Source: Nitrosopumilus sp. (lineage in GTDB: Archaea > Thermoproteota > Nitrososphaeria > Nitrososphaerales > Nitrosopumilaceae). Taken from it: 64,000 nt of DNA. The notes beneath the pieces were generated by a model that saw nothing but the letters and a program-made list of their open reading frames with translations, did no database searches and was not told the origin of the DNA. Below are positions 62,371-64,000 of the stretch, one piece after another. Position 1 is the first letter of the stretch, and the number at the start of each line of letters is the position of its first letter. The stretch spans positions 2,048,001 to 2,112,000 of the forward strand of contig OZ243974.1 in assembly GCA_965214775.1 (NCBI GenBank). The letters are read 5' to 3'. The position numbers and the translations under genes were made by a program.

Positions 62371-63299
62371 GCACATCTAATGAAAGAAGGCAGGAATACC
62401 GCGCACTGTTCAAACAGAACGTCAAAAAACGCCTTCTGGTGGACAAGGCAGTCAGGATAATCGTCTTTTCTTGCGTTGTGATTGCAATTATTCCGCTAGG
62501 GAGTATCCTGCTTGAAGTCTTCAAGAACGGGGCTGCCGCAATCAGTTATGAGTTCCTGACTGAGACTCCCGGCGCAATTGGCTCTGGCCAAGGCGGAATC
62601 GGACCTGCAATTCAAGGCACCCTGATTATTATCGGTCTGTCCAGTCTGATTGGAGTCCCGATCGGCGTGATGTCCGGCGTCTTCCTGTCTGAATATGGCG
62701 ACAACAGGCTTGCCCGAAGCATCCGATTCTTCAACGATGTCTTTATGGAGTTCCCGTCAATCGTGCTAGGCATATTTGCATTTCTGGTGATTGTTCTTGT
62801 TCTGGGCCACTTTTCTGTCTGGGCAGGCGCATTTGCATTGTCCCTGATCATGTTTCCAATCGTTGCCAGAACCACTGAGGAATCCCTCAAAATGGTGCCT
62901 GTTACTTATCGTGAAGCTGGAACCGCCCTGGGATTGAAAAAATGGGTAATTACGTTCAGAATTGTGATCTCCGCTGCCAAAAACGGGATGATTACCGGCG
63001 TACTGCTCTCTGTCTCAAGAATTGGCGGGGAGACTGCCCCGTTAATCATGACCATTCTTGGAAGCAGTCAATTCTTTAGCAGCATGGATGTTCCGATGGA
63101 TGCCCTGCCTTTGAGAATCTGGCGGCTCTCTCTTCTTCCATATGACAGTGCCCAGCTTCAGGGCTGGGGTGCTGCCTTGGTGCTGATTATCATTATTCTT
63201 GGAATCAATCTAGGCGTGAGATACTTTTTTGCAAACAGAAAAAACAAGAGTAATATTTTCGGACAGTTAATTAAGAAAGGAGATCGAGCTAAAAATTGA
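62367..63299 (+). CDS. pstA: Phosphate ABC permease PstA
   Basis: [15 protein letters not shown] and GETAPL motifs. Confidence 0.96.
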   Translation: MSTSNERRQEYRALFKQNVKKRLLVDKAVRIIVFSCVVIAIIPLGSILLEVFKNGAAAISYEFLTETPGAIGSGQGGIGPAIQGTLIIIGLSSLIGVPIGVMSGVFLSEYGDNRLARSIRFFNDVFMEFPSIVLGIFAFLVIVLVLGHFSVWAGAFALSLIMFPIVARTTEESLKMVPVTYREAGTALGLKKWVITFRIVISAAKNGMITGVLLSVSRIGGETAPLIMTILGSSQFFSSMDVPMDALPLRIWRLSLLPYDSAQLQGWGAALVLIIIILGINLGVRYFFANRKNKSNIFGQLIKKGDRAKN

Positions 63300-64000
63300 C
63301 TGCATTGACCGTTAGTAGACCATCTGGCGCTGAAACAACACAATCAACTCCCGCCTCTGCTTCTTCTCCTTCTGTGGCCCCTAGCACTGAAAAATACAAG
63401 ATGATTGCAGAAAATGTGACGATCAGCTATGACGGAATTGCGGCAGTCAAGGACGTCACAATGAAGTTCAAGGAACGTTCTGTCACTGCCTTGATTGGCC
63501 CTTCTGGTTGCGGAAAAACCACCTTCTTGCGCTGCCTTAACAGGATGCATGATATGACAAAAAACGCAACTGTTGCCGGAAGAGTAAAGATTGACGAAAT
63601 TGATCTTTATGACAAGTCAATTGATCCCATTTATCACAGAAGAAAAGTCGGCATGGTCTTCCAAAAACCAAACCCATTCCCAACAATGTCGATCTATGAC
63701 AATGTTACAGCTGGTCTAAAACTGAACGGTGTAAGGGACAGAAGGATTCTTGATGAGATTGTAGAGGACTCCCTAAGGATGGCATATCTTTGGGACGAGG
63801 TAAAAAATGATCTTAAAAAGTCTGCAATTGAACTTTCTGGCGGCCAGCAGCAAAGACTGTGCATTGCACGTGCGCTTGCCATTCAGCCTGAAGTCCTGCT
63901 GATGGACGAACCGGCATCTGCATTGGATCCAATTGCTACGCAAAAAATTGAGGAAACAATTACCGAACTAAAAAAGGAATATACCATCATTATTGTTACA
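63296..64000 (+). CDS. pstB: Phosphate ABC ATPase PstB (runs off the end of the window)
   Basis: [43 protein letters not shown] and [10 protein letters not shown] motifs. Confidence 0.96.
   Translation, partial: MTALTVSRPSGAETTQSTPASASSPSVAPSTEKYKMIAENVTISYDGIAAVKDVTMKFKERSVTALIGPSGCGKTTFLRCLNRMHDMTKNATVAGRVKIDEIDLYDKSIDPIYHRRKVGMVFQKPNPFPTMSIYDNVTAGLKLNGVRDRRILDEIVEDSLRMAYLWDEVKNDLKKSAIELSGGQQQRLCIARALAIQPEVLLMDEPASALDPIATQKIEETITELKKEYTIIIVT

Overview
This window reads as a chromosome segment of an ammonia-oxidising archaeon (Nitrosopumilaceae-like). The assignment is inferred from L10e, the tRNA splicing endonuclease, the thaumarchaeal 'IPxWIKxNAxWW' C-terminal domains and the pstS/phoU/pstCAB layout. 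Core blocks (about 3-12 kb, 32.5-46.3 kb and 60.2-64 kb) alternate with two islands heavily loaded with insertion sequences. One is a decaying surface-glycan locus (about 12.2-32.4 kb) that ends at tRNA-Glu. The other is about 14 kb of secreted-protein genes wedged between pstS and phoU. Families present are IS5 (IS903-like and ISL2-like), ISH3, single-ORF IS66, IS630 and IS110, plus several MITE families, often nested. The main observations are: (1) three IS630 insertions are best explained by TA...TA ends with a CG target duplication rather than the canonical TA duplication, since only that model restores a split gene of about 1296 aa; (2) four dispersed IS110 non-coding leaders are candidate bridge-RNA loci; (3) an IS66 plus MITE composite transposon carries a DUF488 gene and a partner gene; (4) a 74-nt hairpin insertion frameshifts a pseudo-metalloprotease adhesin; (5) there is an unannotated 44-aa metallothionein-like ORF; (6) a secreted three-repeat protein shows an Hcp/tail-tube-like pattern. 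No CRISPR array was seen. All family assignments come from reading motifs by eye; no database search was run.
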